A stretch of 63,563 bases of DNA, the filler included, from Vannella sp. (Eukaryota), in NCBI GenBank assembly GCA_023345925.1. It is 7 parts of 7 records of this genome, joined end to end, with 100 filler letters (N's around TTAATTAATTAA, not from the genome) between each part and the next. Parts side by side here need not be neighbours in the genome. Positions count along the whole stretch, not along the records: positions 42,054 to 50,703 come from JAJQQN010001395.1; positions 50,804 to 58,683 come from JAJQQN010000129.1; 5 more parts are not named here. One strand, written 5' to 3'. The position numbers and the translations under genes were made by a program. Positions 46,281 through 58,783 of the stretch are shown here, in pieces. How positions within the stretch are numbered: position 1 is the first letter of the stretch; every line of letters begins with the position of its first letter. A model generated the notes under the pieces. That model saw only the letters and a list, made by a program, of their open reading frames with translations. It was not told the DNA's origin and ran no database searches.

Positions 46281-49151
46281 CTATTGGAGGAGCGACAAGT
46301 TATTGTTGATGTCAACCAACCACTGTTGCAACTCCGCATCATCAGCACACTTGTAACTCTTGGTGACGCCATTTCTGATAATAGCAAAGCAGTACTTCTC
46401 ATCAGAGACTCCCAATTTGATGCTTGCAAGACTGAAGGACTCCTTGGGAGCCTTGTCCTTGGCGGGATCCTTGGAAGAGGCGAAAATATCGAGCTTATCG
46501 GCTGACAAACGAGCATAGATTTTGTGGGAGGTGAGGCCCAAGCCGACCAAACCGCCGCCACCCTCTTTCAGATGTCCCTCGCGAGCCTTTGGAGAACCTC
46601 CAGTTGAGCGGGTAGCAGGAGCAGGTGTGGATTCAGACTCTTCAGCAGTGCTAGCGTCCTTCTCAGAAGGAGCCTCTGCTTCAGATTTCTTGCTGTGGCC
46701 AAAGAATCCGCTCTTATTGCGGGGGGACTTGGGCTTCTCGGCGCTCCTCGATTTTTCCTCGTCAGCACCAGGAACAGAAAGTTCGTCAGCCTTAGCAGAT
46801 TTGTCCTTCTTCTTGCCAAACATTCCAGTGATTCCGCTGACAGCGCCTGTTACACCCTTTGCGCCAACCGCTCCGACGGCTCCAACAGCTCCAAGGCCGG
46901 CAGCACCGACAACTCCAACAGCTCCAACGGCTCCTTGAACACCAGTTGAAACACCCTTGACACCAGCAGATCCAACAGCTCCGACTGCGCCAATACCAGC
47001 AGATCCAACAGCTCCAACGGCGCCAATACCAGCAGACCCAACAGCTCCAACGGCTCCGATACCAGCAGATCCAACGGCTCCGACACCACCAGCAACGCCC
47101 TTGATGCCCTTCACTCCAAAGGATGGAAGGCAACTTAGGAATGCTTGGGCATTGTACTTGTTGACCGCACGAGGCACAATATCAGTGGGAGTTTGGCTTT
47201 CAGGCAAACCAAAGTCCAAAGCAATGATTCGAACACGCACTTCACCGTTGGGAACCATTTGAAGAGGAATCCATTGGTCGATTTCCTTTCCAGTCACGAG
47301 AGTGTCCAAAGGCAATTGGATGCGACCAAGAGGGGTAGAGGAGATAGCGATGACATCCTTATCGTAGACGTTGAGAGTAAGGACAGAGAAGTTGCGATCT
47401 GGGACCTGGAAGACAAAGTTCTCCTCCCACAAGGGACTGAGAGTTTTGTCGATGACACCAGTGAACTTGCTGCGGGTTCCCTTCTTGGGAATCTCTTCAC
47501 CGACAACAATCTCAACGAAAGGATCGCTGGTGTTGCCCAAGTCAGCAGCAACCAATTTTCTGGCCTCGACTACCTCCACTCGAAGCAAGCCAGAGTTGGA
47601 GTTTTTGATGACTCTGTTGTAGCCGAAGTGGTTCTGGAATCCTCCCTTGAAAGCCAAGAAGACTCGATCACCACCAGCCTTCTTGTTCATGTTAGCCTTG
47701 TGTCCGTTTGGAGACAGCTCAAGTGTGCGGAAGTCCTCAGGAAGGATGGTGTCTTCGCTTTCGTTGACGATAGCCAGGCCAGTGACGGGGGTACCAGGTG
47801 CAGTAGTGTAAGCCAGGAAGCACTCGAGTCCAGTGTTTCCAAAGTTGAGTGAAGCGCTGTCTCCAGCGGAAGTCTGATCGATAACACTGTAGCCCTCGGG
47901 CTGTCTCTCGCCGTGACCAGGGTAGAAGACAGAGAGGCCTGTAATCGCGGGCTTTCCAGCCTCACGAGCATAGCAGATGTACATCTTCTTACCGTCGTTT
48001 CCAGAGTTGAGGTTTGCAGGCAGAAGACCAGAGGTCGATCGCTGCAAGAGGACGTATCCCTTTGGTGCCTTAGCAACATCGGTGTTGATGACAATGATAT
48101 CAGTAATGGGAGTATCCACTAAGAAAGAGTCAGTCAGTCACCCAGAACACACGAGAGAAGCAACCCCTCGCTTACGGTGTTCATAGGTCTCCACGGGGCC
48201 TCCGCACAAAGAGATAGGGAGTTCGTTGGGGAACACGATGTGAGCAGCCATTTGAGAGCGAACAATCTGGTTGAGCAAGTCGTAGATGAAAGGAGCAGAG
48301 AGCAAATCAAGAGGGTTGTAGGGCTGGTGCAAGCGTTAGCCAGAGACCCAAGGAAAGTCCACTAAACCTACTCGGATAGACAACTCCACAAGGGGCTCCT
48401 CCACGAAAGAAATCGAGAGGATACTCCACTCAGGGAAAAGGTCGTTCAGGTTGAAGACGATCTTGAGCTATCACCGTTGTTAATCCTATGAAGGGAATGC
48501 AGTATAAGTGAGCTTACTCGTCCCTTGAACTTGACCTCAGAAGCCACGACGGTAGTCTTGATGACGGGCATCTCAACGGAAACAGCCAACTTGATGTCGG
48601 GGACCCAGAGGACCTCAACAATAAGCTCATAGCGATCCTCAGAGAGAACAATGGGAGTGTAAATCTGAGTAATGCGAGGGGCACGGTCTCCCATCTTAAA
48701 CTCGGAAATCTCCAGCTTCTTCTTAAGAGAGGTGTCAGATGTTGAAGGATGGATGGGGAGGAGGACGTACCATGAACGCAGGCTTCTTTTCATTCATTTG
48801 CTGGTTTGCATCAGCAATGATGGGGTCAAGGAACCTGGGAACGCAGGTGGTGTAGTACTTGCGCACCAAGAGGTTCAACCAAGCGCAGTGTTGAATCTCT
48901 CGCTTGTTATGAGTGATCCTGGAGGTAGTAGAAAATCTCTGATAGAAGTTTCCCTTCTGGTGAGCCACATAGCGCATGGAGAAGCCAATAGCGACAGTGA
49001 GAAGAGTCCCCCAGGTGTAGTAGAAGCCAAACAGCCACATGCTGATCGCTAGAACGGGTACAATGGACGCGTATTGCACCAGCACGTTCTCCTTCACAAC
49101 AGTCTGCACATCCTCCAACGTCTGGGTAATCGGGTCTTTCTTCGGCGCCAT
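46281..49151 (-). CDS. TM-SMP-MABP-C2-PH multidomain protein (extended synaptotagmin/tricalbin-like), multi-exon
   Basis: N-terminal hydrophobic segment; SMP pattern (WLNLLVRKYY, KKPAFM, MGDRAPRI, VKFKGR, ISFVEEP, DLLSAPFIYDLL...VFPN); MABP-like repeats (PITDI, P.GY, ANLN.G, YICY); C2 (LRVEVVEARKL.AAD...SDPFV, LSPLWEE.F); C-terminal PH (EGHLK...QQWL..I). Confidence 0.75.
46860..47115 (-). repeat. Coding 33-bp (11-aa) tandem repeat, GIGAVGAVGSA
   Basis: About four near-perfect 33-nt units at 46963-47090 plus degenerate flanking units. Confidence 0.9.
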
Positions 49152-49834
49152 TCTCAAAGGGAGAGAACCCGAATGGCCGTAGTTTTGCAGTTGCACCATT
49201 TTAATCGCATTTAAATGGTATTAAATAATTATCAGGACTGTGCCATTGCTTTCATTATAATGTCATTTTTATCAGTCCTTCCGATGTTTGGGGAGAACTT
49301 CTTCGCGTCAACGAGTCGAAGGCGAGTCGGCTCACTGAACCCACCAGGATCAGGAGACCAAAGTTAACCAGGTGGTTATGAGCCCCACCCCACTCTACTG
49401 CCATGGCCGAGAAGGACCTTTCAAGGTTTCTCTCTAGATCATCGCGAGCTATCGGAGCCACTTGACGAGTTGGCTGCGTCTAGATACATCGAGGATCCCA
49501 ATGAAACACCACATCACGAGCTCAAATCAACGAACGCGACTGATCAACGGAGCAAACGCCAGCCAAAAGGGCAACGCCATCCTCCTGCACTCCGCATTAG
49601 CGTTCCTAGTGGAAGGCACGGTACTTATTCAGGAGCTGCTGACGAATTCACTCGGTCGGTTGAGGAAGAGGTTCAGAAAAGTTGGTCGGTTTCACTCACG
49701 GCTCATTCCATGATTTTACCAAAATTCTTGGAATCGATCGATCCCGTCGTGATCGAAGTTCTTGGTTTGGCCGAAAAGTGTAAGTCCGAAAGTTTCGTGT
49801 TGAACGGTTTTCTGTTCCCTTTCTTGTTGCCTTG

Positions 49835-50703
49835 ATGGTAGCACCAAGGTTCCTGATCCCGATCGCGTTGCTCTTGGTCTTGATCAATTGGGTTCATGGA
49901 TCAAGTTTGTCCATAACGGAGAGTCCTTCGATCACTGCTTCTGCTTCTGGAAGCGTGAGTGGTACCACTTCCTCAAGCGCTACTCCCTCCGTGACTGAAG
50001 GACTTCCGCCTTCCATCACCCCCAGCAGTTCTGCATCTTCATCCGACACCGCTTCTTCTTCTGGAAGTGCGAGCCATACGACCACTCCAAGCTCTTCTGC
50101 ATCTTCGACTGCTACTGCTTCCGACAGCGTTACTGCTTCTGTTACCTCCGGCCTTACTTCTACCGCATCTCCTTCGATCACTGGGACTTCAACTCAGACC
50201 GCTAGTGTTACTGGGAGCCCGTCAAGCACAGGATCTGCCTCGATCAGCGGCACCCTCACCGCCACTCAAACTCCCTCTCGTTCTAGTAGTGACATAGCAA
50301 GTACCACTCCCACCCAGACTTCCTCTGGATCGTCTACTGCCTCTGGAAGCGTTACCCCCTCCGTGACCTTGGGTCTCAACGCCACTTCGAGTCCCACGCC
50401 CACCCAGACTTCTTCTGAATCGGCAACTACTTCTGGAAGTGTCACTCCCTCTGTGACCTTGGGCCTCAACGCCACTACCAGCACCACGCCCACCCAGACT
50501 TCCTCTGGATCAGCAACTGCTTCTCCAAGCGTCACCCCCTCCGTGACCTTGGGCCTCAATGCCTCTGCAAGTGCTTCCCCCACCCAAACTTCCTCTGAAT
50601 CGGCAACTACTTCTGCAAGTGCTTCTCCCACCCAGTCTCCCTCTGGATCAGCAACTGCCTCTGGAAGCGTCACTCCCTCCGTGACCTTGGGCCTCAATGC
50701 CAC
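49835..50703 (+). CDS. Secreted Ser/Thr-rich mucin-like protein (3' truncated)
   Basis: Signal peptide MVAPRFLIPIALLLVLINWVHG followed by S/T/P low-complexity sequence. Confidence 0.8.
50306..50703 (+). repeat. 90-bp (30-aa) coding tandem repeat TPTQTSSGS.TASGSVTPSVTLGLNA
   Basis: CACCCAGACT recurs at 50311, 50401 and 50491, and CACCCAAACT at 50581. Confidence 0.9.
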
Positions 50704-50803
50704 NNNNNNNNNNNNNNNNNNNNNNNNNNNNNNNNNNNNNNNNNNNNTTAATTAATTAANNNNNNNNNNNNNNNNNNNNNNNNNNNNNNNNNNNNNNNNN
50801 NNN
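50704..50803. other. Artificial contig linker
   Basis: N44-TTAATTAATTAA-N44. Confidence 0.99.
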
Positions 50804-51302
50804 CCAGGAAGTGATCGTACCTCCGCGATGAAGTCGTCCATTGGTGAGACCGACCAAAGTCACACAGTCGGAGATCGCCCTCGCTATTGAAAAGGACATT
50901 CTCTGGCTTCAGATCGAGATGAGCTATCTTTGCATTGTGCATACACTCCACCAGAAGGCACAGTTGCCGAAATAAGGGGACAGCTTCAGCAGATGTAAAG
51001 TGACCTTGCTCCTTAACCTCGAGGAGATGAAGCAGGTCGCTTGTGGCTCTGTCAAAAACGATGGCACCTGAAAGAGAAGGGGCGAAGACATCATGTACTG
51101 GTAAGGATACGTCCATGCGTTCAAGGGTGCGTGAGAAGAACACTTCGTTCTGAAAGACGTTGCTCCTAGTTGGGGTATCAAGAGAGAAGAGCTTCACCGC
51201 CACAGGATAGCCTTGGAGAGTCCTTGCAGAGATGACGCGGCCATCTGCCCCAACACCAAGGATCTCGGAATCTTCAAACGTGTAGTTCGTGAGGGCTTGC
51301 AT
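50804..51302 (-). CDS. Ser/Thr protein kinase, CAMK-like (3' truncated)
   Basis: LGVGADGRV, VAVK, HLDLKPENVL, LCDFG. Confidence 0.8.
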
Positions 51303-51559
51303 AGTTGTGATAGCAGTGTTGGTGAGGCGATCCCTCTTTATGACCGACAAGCATCGGGGAGTTCTCTGCCAGAAAAGTCGGCACTTCGAAGAGCCAATCA
51401 AAAGCAAGTATTCCACATGTTGGCGCAACATTTGAGCCAACCGACGGCGACCGATGATGAACACCAATCATCCGGAGTCCGCCGTTATTTGGCGGATTGG
51501 AGCGGAAGGGAAGTAGTATTGGCTCTACCTCAAGACGCCAAGTAACGGCTTCTACTTGT

Positions 51560-51945
51560 GAGCTATTTGTGGTGTGCGGAGTGGAACTCCTTCTCAGCTG
51601 CAGGCTTCCAAACTTACAGGCCGCATTCCGTTTGCTATGGAGTGGGGGAGACTTCAGCTCTCTCTCATATAAGTGCTGCTTCTCCCACTCGAAAAGTCAG
51701 TGGATGGCTGGGCTTTCGCGAAGGTCCAGCCTTCACGCACCCTTCTCGTAGCGAGGATCATGTAGACTTATGATCTCCTTATATCAAGCTTTAAGGGCTC
51801 CATTTACCACACGTCTCCAAGTCTGAGAGCACCTGGAACGTGGCCACCACGCATATCGCGAGCAAAAGGAGACGGACAAATGAATCAGCTTGAGCCTTAG
51901 TGAAAGTGCCAAAAGGATTGAAAAGAGTTGAAAACTCAGCTTTTT
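51560..51945 (+). ncRNA. Candidate structured non-coding RNA, family not recognised
   Basis: At least five helices, four with G-U pairs on the + strand, in a nested arrangement; CCAAT boxes upstream and a T5 run downstream; no credible ORF. Confidence 0.4.
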
Positions 51946-51964
51946 ATGAACAGGTGCAGCGAAT

Positions 51965-53580
51965 TTACCAGATAGTGCCCTCAGCCTGCTCCTTGACGAA
52001 GATCTCGAAGTACTGGTAGATAATGGTGACCGCGAGGAGGATACCAGTTCCAGAGCCGATGGCTCCCAGGAAGTCTGACATCACGGACAGAGCGCCGATG
52101 CAAAGTCCACCAAAGGCAGCGGCAGTAGGGATGTAGCGGTTGAGGCGCTTCTCCATCTGGTTGTCACGGTGGCCCTTGATGACCATCTGTTGCTCACGGA
52201 GCTGCTTGGCAACATCACGAGCAGAAGAACCAGAGACCTCGATCCAGGTCTTGGAGAAGAAAGCGCAAGTTCCCAGAACAAAGGTGAGGTACACAAGAGT
52301 GTGAAGAGGATCGGAGAAGAGGTTGGCAATGGTAGAAGGGGGCGAGATGTAGTACGCAATGCCGCCAACGGGAATAGCCTGGTTCTGTCCACCGAAGCCA
52401 GCAATCTCCTGCAAGTGTGTGTGAGTTAAGATTCACGCAATAACGTGAACGCATCTCTTACCTGCCACTTGCCAAAGAGGCCAACAATGAAGTTGGTGGG
52501 GAATTGGCGGTAAAGCATCTGAGAGACAAAGTACAAGTTGGACACGAGTGCAGTCTGGAGGATGATGGGAATGTTGGAAGTGTAGAACAACTTGATGGGG
52601 TAGCTCTGGTTGCCTCCTCGAGCACGCTTGGAGGTAATGGGAACGTCAACACGGAAGCCCTGGAAGTAGATCACAATCACGAACACAAGAGCGGTAGCCA
52701 ACAGGTTGGTGATGTTGGGGAGATTCTGGCGGTAGAAAGCTTCTCGCACAGCTCGGACCTTGTCGCTTCGGGTAGCCAACATATGAACAAGAGCAATAAC
52801 AGCACCCTCGAACTCAGCGCCGCGGCCTTGGTTGATGGTTTGGGGGCTGAATGCCTTCCAAATGATGGTTTCGCAGATGTTGGTGGCAATAAACAGAGAG
52901 ATACCGGATCCGAGACCATAGCCCTTCTGCAGCAACTCGTCAAGGAGGATGACGATGATACCAGCAACAAGGAGTTGAACAACAATCAAGAAAGCGTTAC
53001 CAGCACCCAGCTCGCCAATATCACCGTACATGCCAGACATAACGTAAGCGGTTCCTTGACCAATGCAGATGAGGATACCAACGACTAAAATTAACCAAAA
53101 ATCAAGCGTTAGTCGAAGAGTGGGCGAGGGGAAAGGGACGATCAAGAACGAACGACCAAACGGGAGGAAGCTTACACTTTTGAGCGCCGTTGAAGAGGGT
53201 TCTGTCTTCCTTGTTGGATTGGTCGACTTGGATTAATTTAACACCAGCCAGAAGTTGCATAACAAGGCCAGAGGTGACGATGGGGCTGATACCCAACTCC
53301 ATGAGAGTTCCTCGGTTGGATGCGAGGATAACTCGACTCCAGTAGAAGGGATCCGAGGAATCAGTAGAACGAATGCCATAAAGGGGGATTTGGCAACAGA
53401 CGAGATAGATGAATAGAGTAACAGACGTCCAAATCACCCTCTCCTTGAAGGGTACTTTCGAGGCCGCCTGCTGTACCTCGGGGATGATAGCCATGAACGG
53501 CCTCATGATGTCCAAGAACCTCGCTAAGCACCCATTAGTCCCAAATCCTTGTAACCAACAAGGTCCAACCCACCCGACAT
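51965..53580 (-). CDS. SEC61A: Sec61 translocon alpha subunit, 4 exons
   Basis: [72 protein letters not shown]. Confidence 0.98.
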
Positions 53581-53801
53581 GCTGACGGAGCGGAAAAGAA
53601 AGACTTCAGACCCTCCAACCAATCACAATCCGACAGCAGCGCCACGTCGCCTTTTGGCACGCCCAGACCACCAAAGACTTCTCCCCATCAAAAGAAATTT
53701 AATTCCTGTGATAACAAGAAAGCTGGGCGTTTAACTTGGGGATACAACAAATCGGCTGTCCTTGGTTGGAGGCTTTTGGCACTTTTTGGGTTGTCAGAGC
53801 G

Positions 53802-55675
53802 ATGGCTGGTGTCGACCGTGACTTCTTGGTGCAGATGGAGAAGCACAAGCAGCAGGAGATGGAGCTGCTGGCGAAGATCGCCATGAAGGCTAAACCGTCC
53901 CCTGCCAATACGCCTGGGTTTGGGTCTTACACTGGGTCTACTCCAAGCCCCATGAGTACTGCACCATCTCCTATGTCTGATATAACTGGACGTACCGACT
54001 TCTTAGCTTCTTCGGACAGCCGCTCCTCTTTCGATCGGTCACTCTTCAGAGATCCCACTTATCAGCAGCCGCTCAAGAGGAAGCGATCTTTAGAACCAAA
54101 CCTCTATGATGCTCTTAATGGACCGTGAGGAACATCTCCTTTCTGACTCCTCTCGGGTCCTGTACTCACTTTCACGTTCAGGGTCGACAAGAACTCTCAC
54201 GCTCTGAATCGAGAGTGTGCCACCCACCTGGCGCACAAGGTCATCTCTGATCTGAACGTTCTCGTCCAGGTACGAAGAAGCATCGTTGTACGGTGATGAG
54301 AGCTAAACTTATCGCTTGGGGTCAGTTCATGGAGGCCATGGACAACTCGCAGTTCCCCCACAGTTCCACGTACTTGTACTCTGGCCACCAGGCTATCAAC
54401 AACTTCATTAACTCTATCCAAGAGCCTAACTCGGTGTTCCGCGACGATTCTCCAGGTGAGGCGCTCTCTTTGCCCTTTTGGGGGACTCTGCTGACTCCAG
54501 GGCAGTCACCAACTTGGCAAACACAAACATGGGCGACTACACACAGTTAGAGACGATTGGTGAGTCCCCGGACCCTGAAGAAACGCCAACTAATGAAGAA
54601 GGAAGGTACCGGAACCTTTGGGAGGGTCCGTCTGTGCCGCTTCAACCGCACAAACGAGTACTTCTGCATCAAAACCCTCAACAAAGAGAAGATGGCCCGC
54701 CTGAAGCAACAGGAGCACGTACGGAATGAGAGAGAGATCCTCTCACAGTGCAGACACCCGTTCATTGTCAATCTCTACACCACCTTCCAGACAGAGGATG
54801 ACGTTCACTTCATCATGGAGTACGTGTCAGGTGGTGAGCTCTTCACTGCTATCAAGAAGTACGGAGGGCTTGATTCGTATGCCGCCCGCATCTACGCGGC
54901 GGAGATCATTCTGGTGATCGAGTACCTTCACGAGAACCACGTTGTTCACAGAGATCTGAAGCCAGAGAACCTTCTCATCGACAAGCTGGGTCATTTGAAG
55001 CTCACAGATTTCGGCTTTGCTAAGAATGTCACTGATAAGACGTGGACTATGTGTGGTACTCCCGAGTACATTGCTCCTGAGATCATTCGTGGTAAAGGGC
55101 ATGGCAAAGGAGTGGACTGGTGGTCTCTGGGAGTGCTTATCTTTGAAATGCTGGCGGGGTATGTTGTTTTCCGGGGCCATTCTTCCCACTATGGGCTGAC
55201 AGGAGGATCAGACACCCTCCATTCCATGGCGAAGACAACTATACTGTCTTTGAAAAGATCCTGTGTGGCCAAGTGGAGATGCCCAGGTCCTTTGAACCAC
55301 TTGCAGCTGTAAGTCTTTTTATTGGAGATGGCGTTTCCTTCTAATGAAGACTAGGACCTGGTCTCTAAGCTTTTAGTGGAAGACATCACTCAGAGGCTAG
55401 GTTGTGTGCGAGGGGGAGCTGCTACTGTCAAGTCACACCCCTGGTTTGCTGGGGTAGACTGGCAAGCTCTCTTGCAGAAGCGCCATTTCGGGCCTGTTCA
55501 TACCAAGGTCAGTTCTATTTTCTTCTTGTGGAGGTGAGGGACAGCTTGATTAACTCTAAGAGCTCTCCAGGTGTCCAACCCCTACGACACGAGCAATTTC
55601 TTTGCCGAGCCTTCCCACCTCGAAGGTGCTTCTCCAGCCTACTTGGGGGATCAAAGTTTGTTCCAGGGATTCTAA
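53802..55675 (+). CDS. cAMP-dependent protein kinase catalytic subunit-like (AGC) with N-terminal extension, multi-exon
   Basis: GTGTFGRV, LKQQEHVRNER, HRDLKPEN, TDFGFAK, TWTMCGTPEYIAPE, DTSNF, terminal LFQGF. Confidence 0.9.
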
Positions 55676-55976
55676 ACAATCTTCGTCATGCTCTTATTGG
55701 CTGTTACCGTGGGCCCATGGAATGGAATGGTTGATGGAGACTCAATCTCTTTGTTTCCTAATGCAAGTGAGCCCGAGAACGGAACTCACATGAAGTGTAA
55801 CTTTGATCCATGATTACTGATGATAAGGAGTTGAATCTTTGGACAACGCAATCATAAGTGAACAGCTCAGGCCCTAATGCGGAAGGAGCCACCAGTTCTT
55901 GGAATCAATCAACTGCTCCCATAATAGTTACGCGAAAGATAGAAAACGCAAGCCTCTGGGAGTTAACGCAAACTTG

Positions 55977-58683
55977 ATGGCTGTGTGGTTTGTGTGGTGT
56001 CTTGTGTTTGCTGTCCACGCCTCGTGTCCAACAAGCTGTGGCCTCTTGGCTGAGAACCGCTATTCCGAGGGAGTCTTTGGCAGTGGGAGCCTTCTCATAG
56101 TTAAGCTTGGTGGTGAGCCTCCCCTAGAACAAGGAGATGTTGTGATGGTCATCCAAATGCAAGGAGGAACCATCAATGCTTCCAACACAAACGATTATGG
56201 ATCAGGGGACAACACTGGTAATGGCTTCACCGGTTTGGCAGGAGCTGGCAAGTACGAGTTTGCTACAATAGCCGCATTATTGGCGGTAACTGGTGACATG
56301 TATTCCCTCACTGATAATCTTACGAACGCCTTCAACAGGACCGGAAACGATCGCTTCCAAGTCATTCGCGTCCCCCTTTGTTTGAACATCACTGTTGATA
56401 ACCCAACCATTCCTCCGTGGAATGGAGCCACTGGCGGAGTCTTTGTAGCACTGGCAGACAACATCGTTCTCGGCAAAATCAACCTGACAGGCAAAGGATT
56501 CCGCGGGGCTCCTGACCTTGAGACGAATAACAATGATCCATTGGATGTCCACGAGATCAACTATCGGGACGACTCTGGGTCCTCGCGCACTGCACTGTGG
56601 GTCCCATTCAATGGACCAAAGGGAGAAGGTTTCATTGGCCAACCCCGCTATCTGGACCTAAACCAATCGACAACGTACCCTGATGGATTCGATTGTGCCA
56701 GAGGAGCACCAGGTAATGCCGGAGGAGGTGGTATCTTTACAGACGTTGGCGGTGGAGGTGGAGCGAATGCAGGTCAGGGAGGAGATGGAGGACAGCCAAC
56801 CTTTCGTCTTGGCGTCAATCCAGCAGGTCTTGGTGGAGCTCCGGTTCCTTTGAACCCAATCGAAAGACTATTCATGGGTGTGTTCTACGAGTTCCATTGG
56901 GCTTGTCTCATCCATCATCCAGGTGGTGGAGGAGGAGGAACAGCAAGAAATGACCAACCTCCTTCCCAGATGATCTCAGGACTACCAGGGGGCGGCCTCC
57001 TTTACATCCACGCCTTTTCTTCCATTACACCATTTAGTGTTGCAAAGCCAATCATCTCCCTTCAAGGAGGACTCAATCCTGTCAAGTTGGGCAGAGCAGA
57101 TGGCGGACCTGGAGGTACGTTTCTTGCCAGCTCTTTCCTTTGAACTTAATCTCCCCCCAGGAGCTGCAGGAGGGACCGCTGTCATCTTGTGTAATGACCC
57201 GACGAGGTTCCAGGTGGACCACTTTCTGTGGAACTTGCAGGGGGGAAACGGCATTACACCAATGGCAGGCCATGGTGCTGGGGGAGGTGGAGGGGGAGGG
57301 TACTTTGCAAGCTCAGCGGCAAGCGGTGCAGTGAACGTGTCAGCTGGAGAGTGTGGAAGATCTGGAGCTTTTCTTTCTGGAGAAAAGCCGTCACAAGATG
57401 GTCAAGTGGAGTTCAATCTGATTCCCTCCCTTTTCAAATCCAATGCGATCATTCAAAGATGTTTATTTAGTCCGTCACTGTCCCCTACGACAAGTCCGTC
57501 ACCTTCACAAACTCCCACTTCTTCAGAGACAGCTTCTTCATCTGACACACTTTCTGCTTCATCGACAATCAGCCCTTCTGAAACAATCTCTCCTTCAGGA
57601 TCGGGAACCCTCAGTTGCTCTGAAACATCGTCACCTACTTGGACCGTGTCAGAATCCTTGACACCGTCCTTGACAGCGACTGTGTCGGAATCCATCACAT
57701 CCTCATCTTCTACGACTGGTTCAGAATCCGCATCATCATCAAGGTCTCCAACTGGGTCAGAATCCGCGACTGCGTCACCTTCTGTGACTGAGTCAGAATA
57801 CGTGACATCATCAGCAAGTGGAACCGCTTCGGCATCCACGAGTGCATCGCTGTCTCAAACCGCATCGGAATCTAAGACATGGTCATCGACGATGAGCGAG
57901 TCGGGATCCGTGACATCATCACCAACTGTGAGTGGGTCAGCTTCCTTGACATCGTCATCGTCTCCAACCCCATCAAGATCCATGACATCATCATCGTCTC
58001 CAACCCCATCGGAATCCATGACATCATCAGAGACTTCGAGCCACTCTGTTTCCACGATGGCTTCTTTGACTCCAACAGAGTCGAGATCCACGGCTTCTAC
58101 GAGCTCTCTTTCTGCTTCAGAATCTGTTACTTTATCATTGACTACGAGTGAGTCAGTATCCATGACGCCATCTCGAACTGCATCAAAATCCATGACATCG
58201 TCGCTGTCTCCATCTGCTTCAGAATCCATGGCACAGTCGCCATCTCTATCTTCATCAGAATCCATGGCTTCATCATTGACTGAAAGCGGGTCGCTGTCTC
58301 TTTCCGTAATGGAATCGGTGACATCATCATTGACTCGGAGCGAGTCTGCATCCATGACATCATCGCCGTCCACAACTGCAACAGAAACCATGACAATGCC
58401 ACCTCTATCTGCAACAGAATCCTTGACACCTTCATTGGCTCGGAACGAGTTTGTATCCAGGACATCATCTTCGTCCACAACCGTTTCGGAATCCAAAGCG
58501 TTATCACTGAATCCGAGCGAGATGGCATCCGAGATGGCTTCATTTACTTGGACCGCGTCGGAATCGGTTATGACGCAAACTACGAGCGAGTCGCTGCCAA
58601 TCACGACAAGGACTACAATCGCATCGGAATCCTCGTCATCGTCACCATTCATTACGATTGCTTCAAGCCAGGGTTCATCACCC
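55977..58683 (+). CDS. Secreted or surface protein with Gly-rich bacterial-type head and Ser/Thr mucin stalk, 3 exons (3' truncated)
   Basis: Signal peptide; GDVVMVIQMQGG.I...N...YG...AGKYEF, FQVIRVP, WNGATGGV, GKGFRG, RGAPGNAGGGG, RLFMGGGGGG; two GT-AG introns (about 56878-56922 and 57115-57160); more than 400 aa of S/T stalk. Confidence 0.8.
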
Positions 58684-58783
58684 NNNNNNNNNNNNNNNNN
58701 NNNNNNNNNNNNNNNNNNNNNNNNNNNTTAATTAATTAANNNNNNNNNNNNNNNNNNNNNNNNNNNNNNNNNNNNNNNNNNNN
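58684..58783. other. Artificial contig linker
   Basis: N44-TTAATTAATTAA-N44. Confidence 0.99.
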
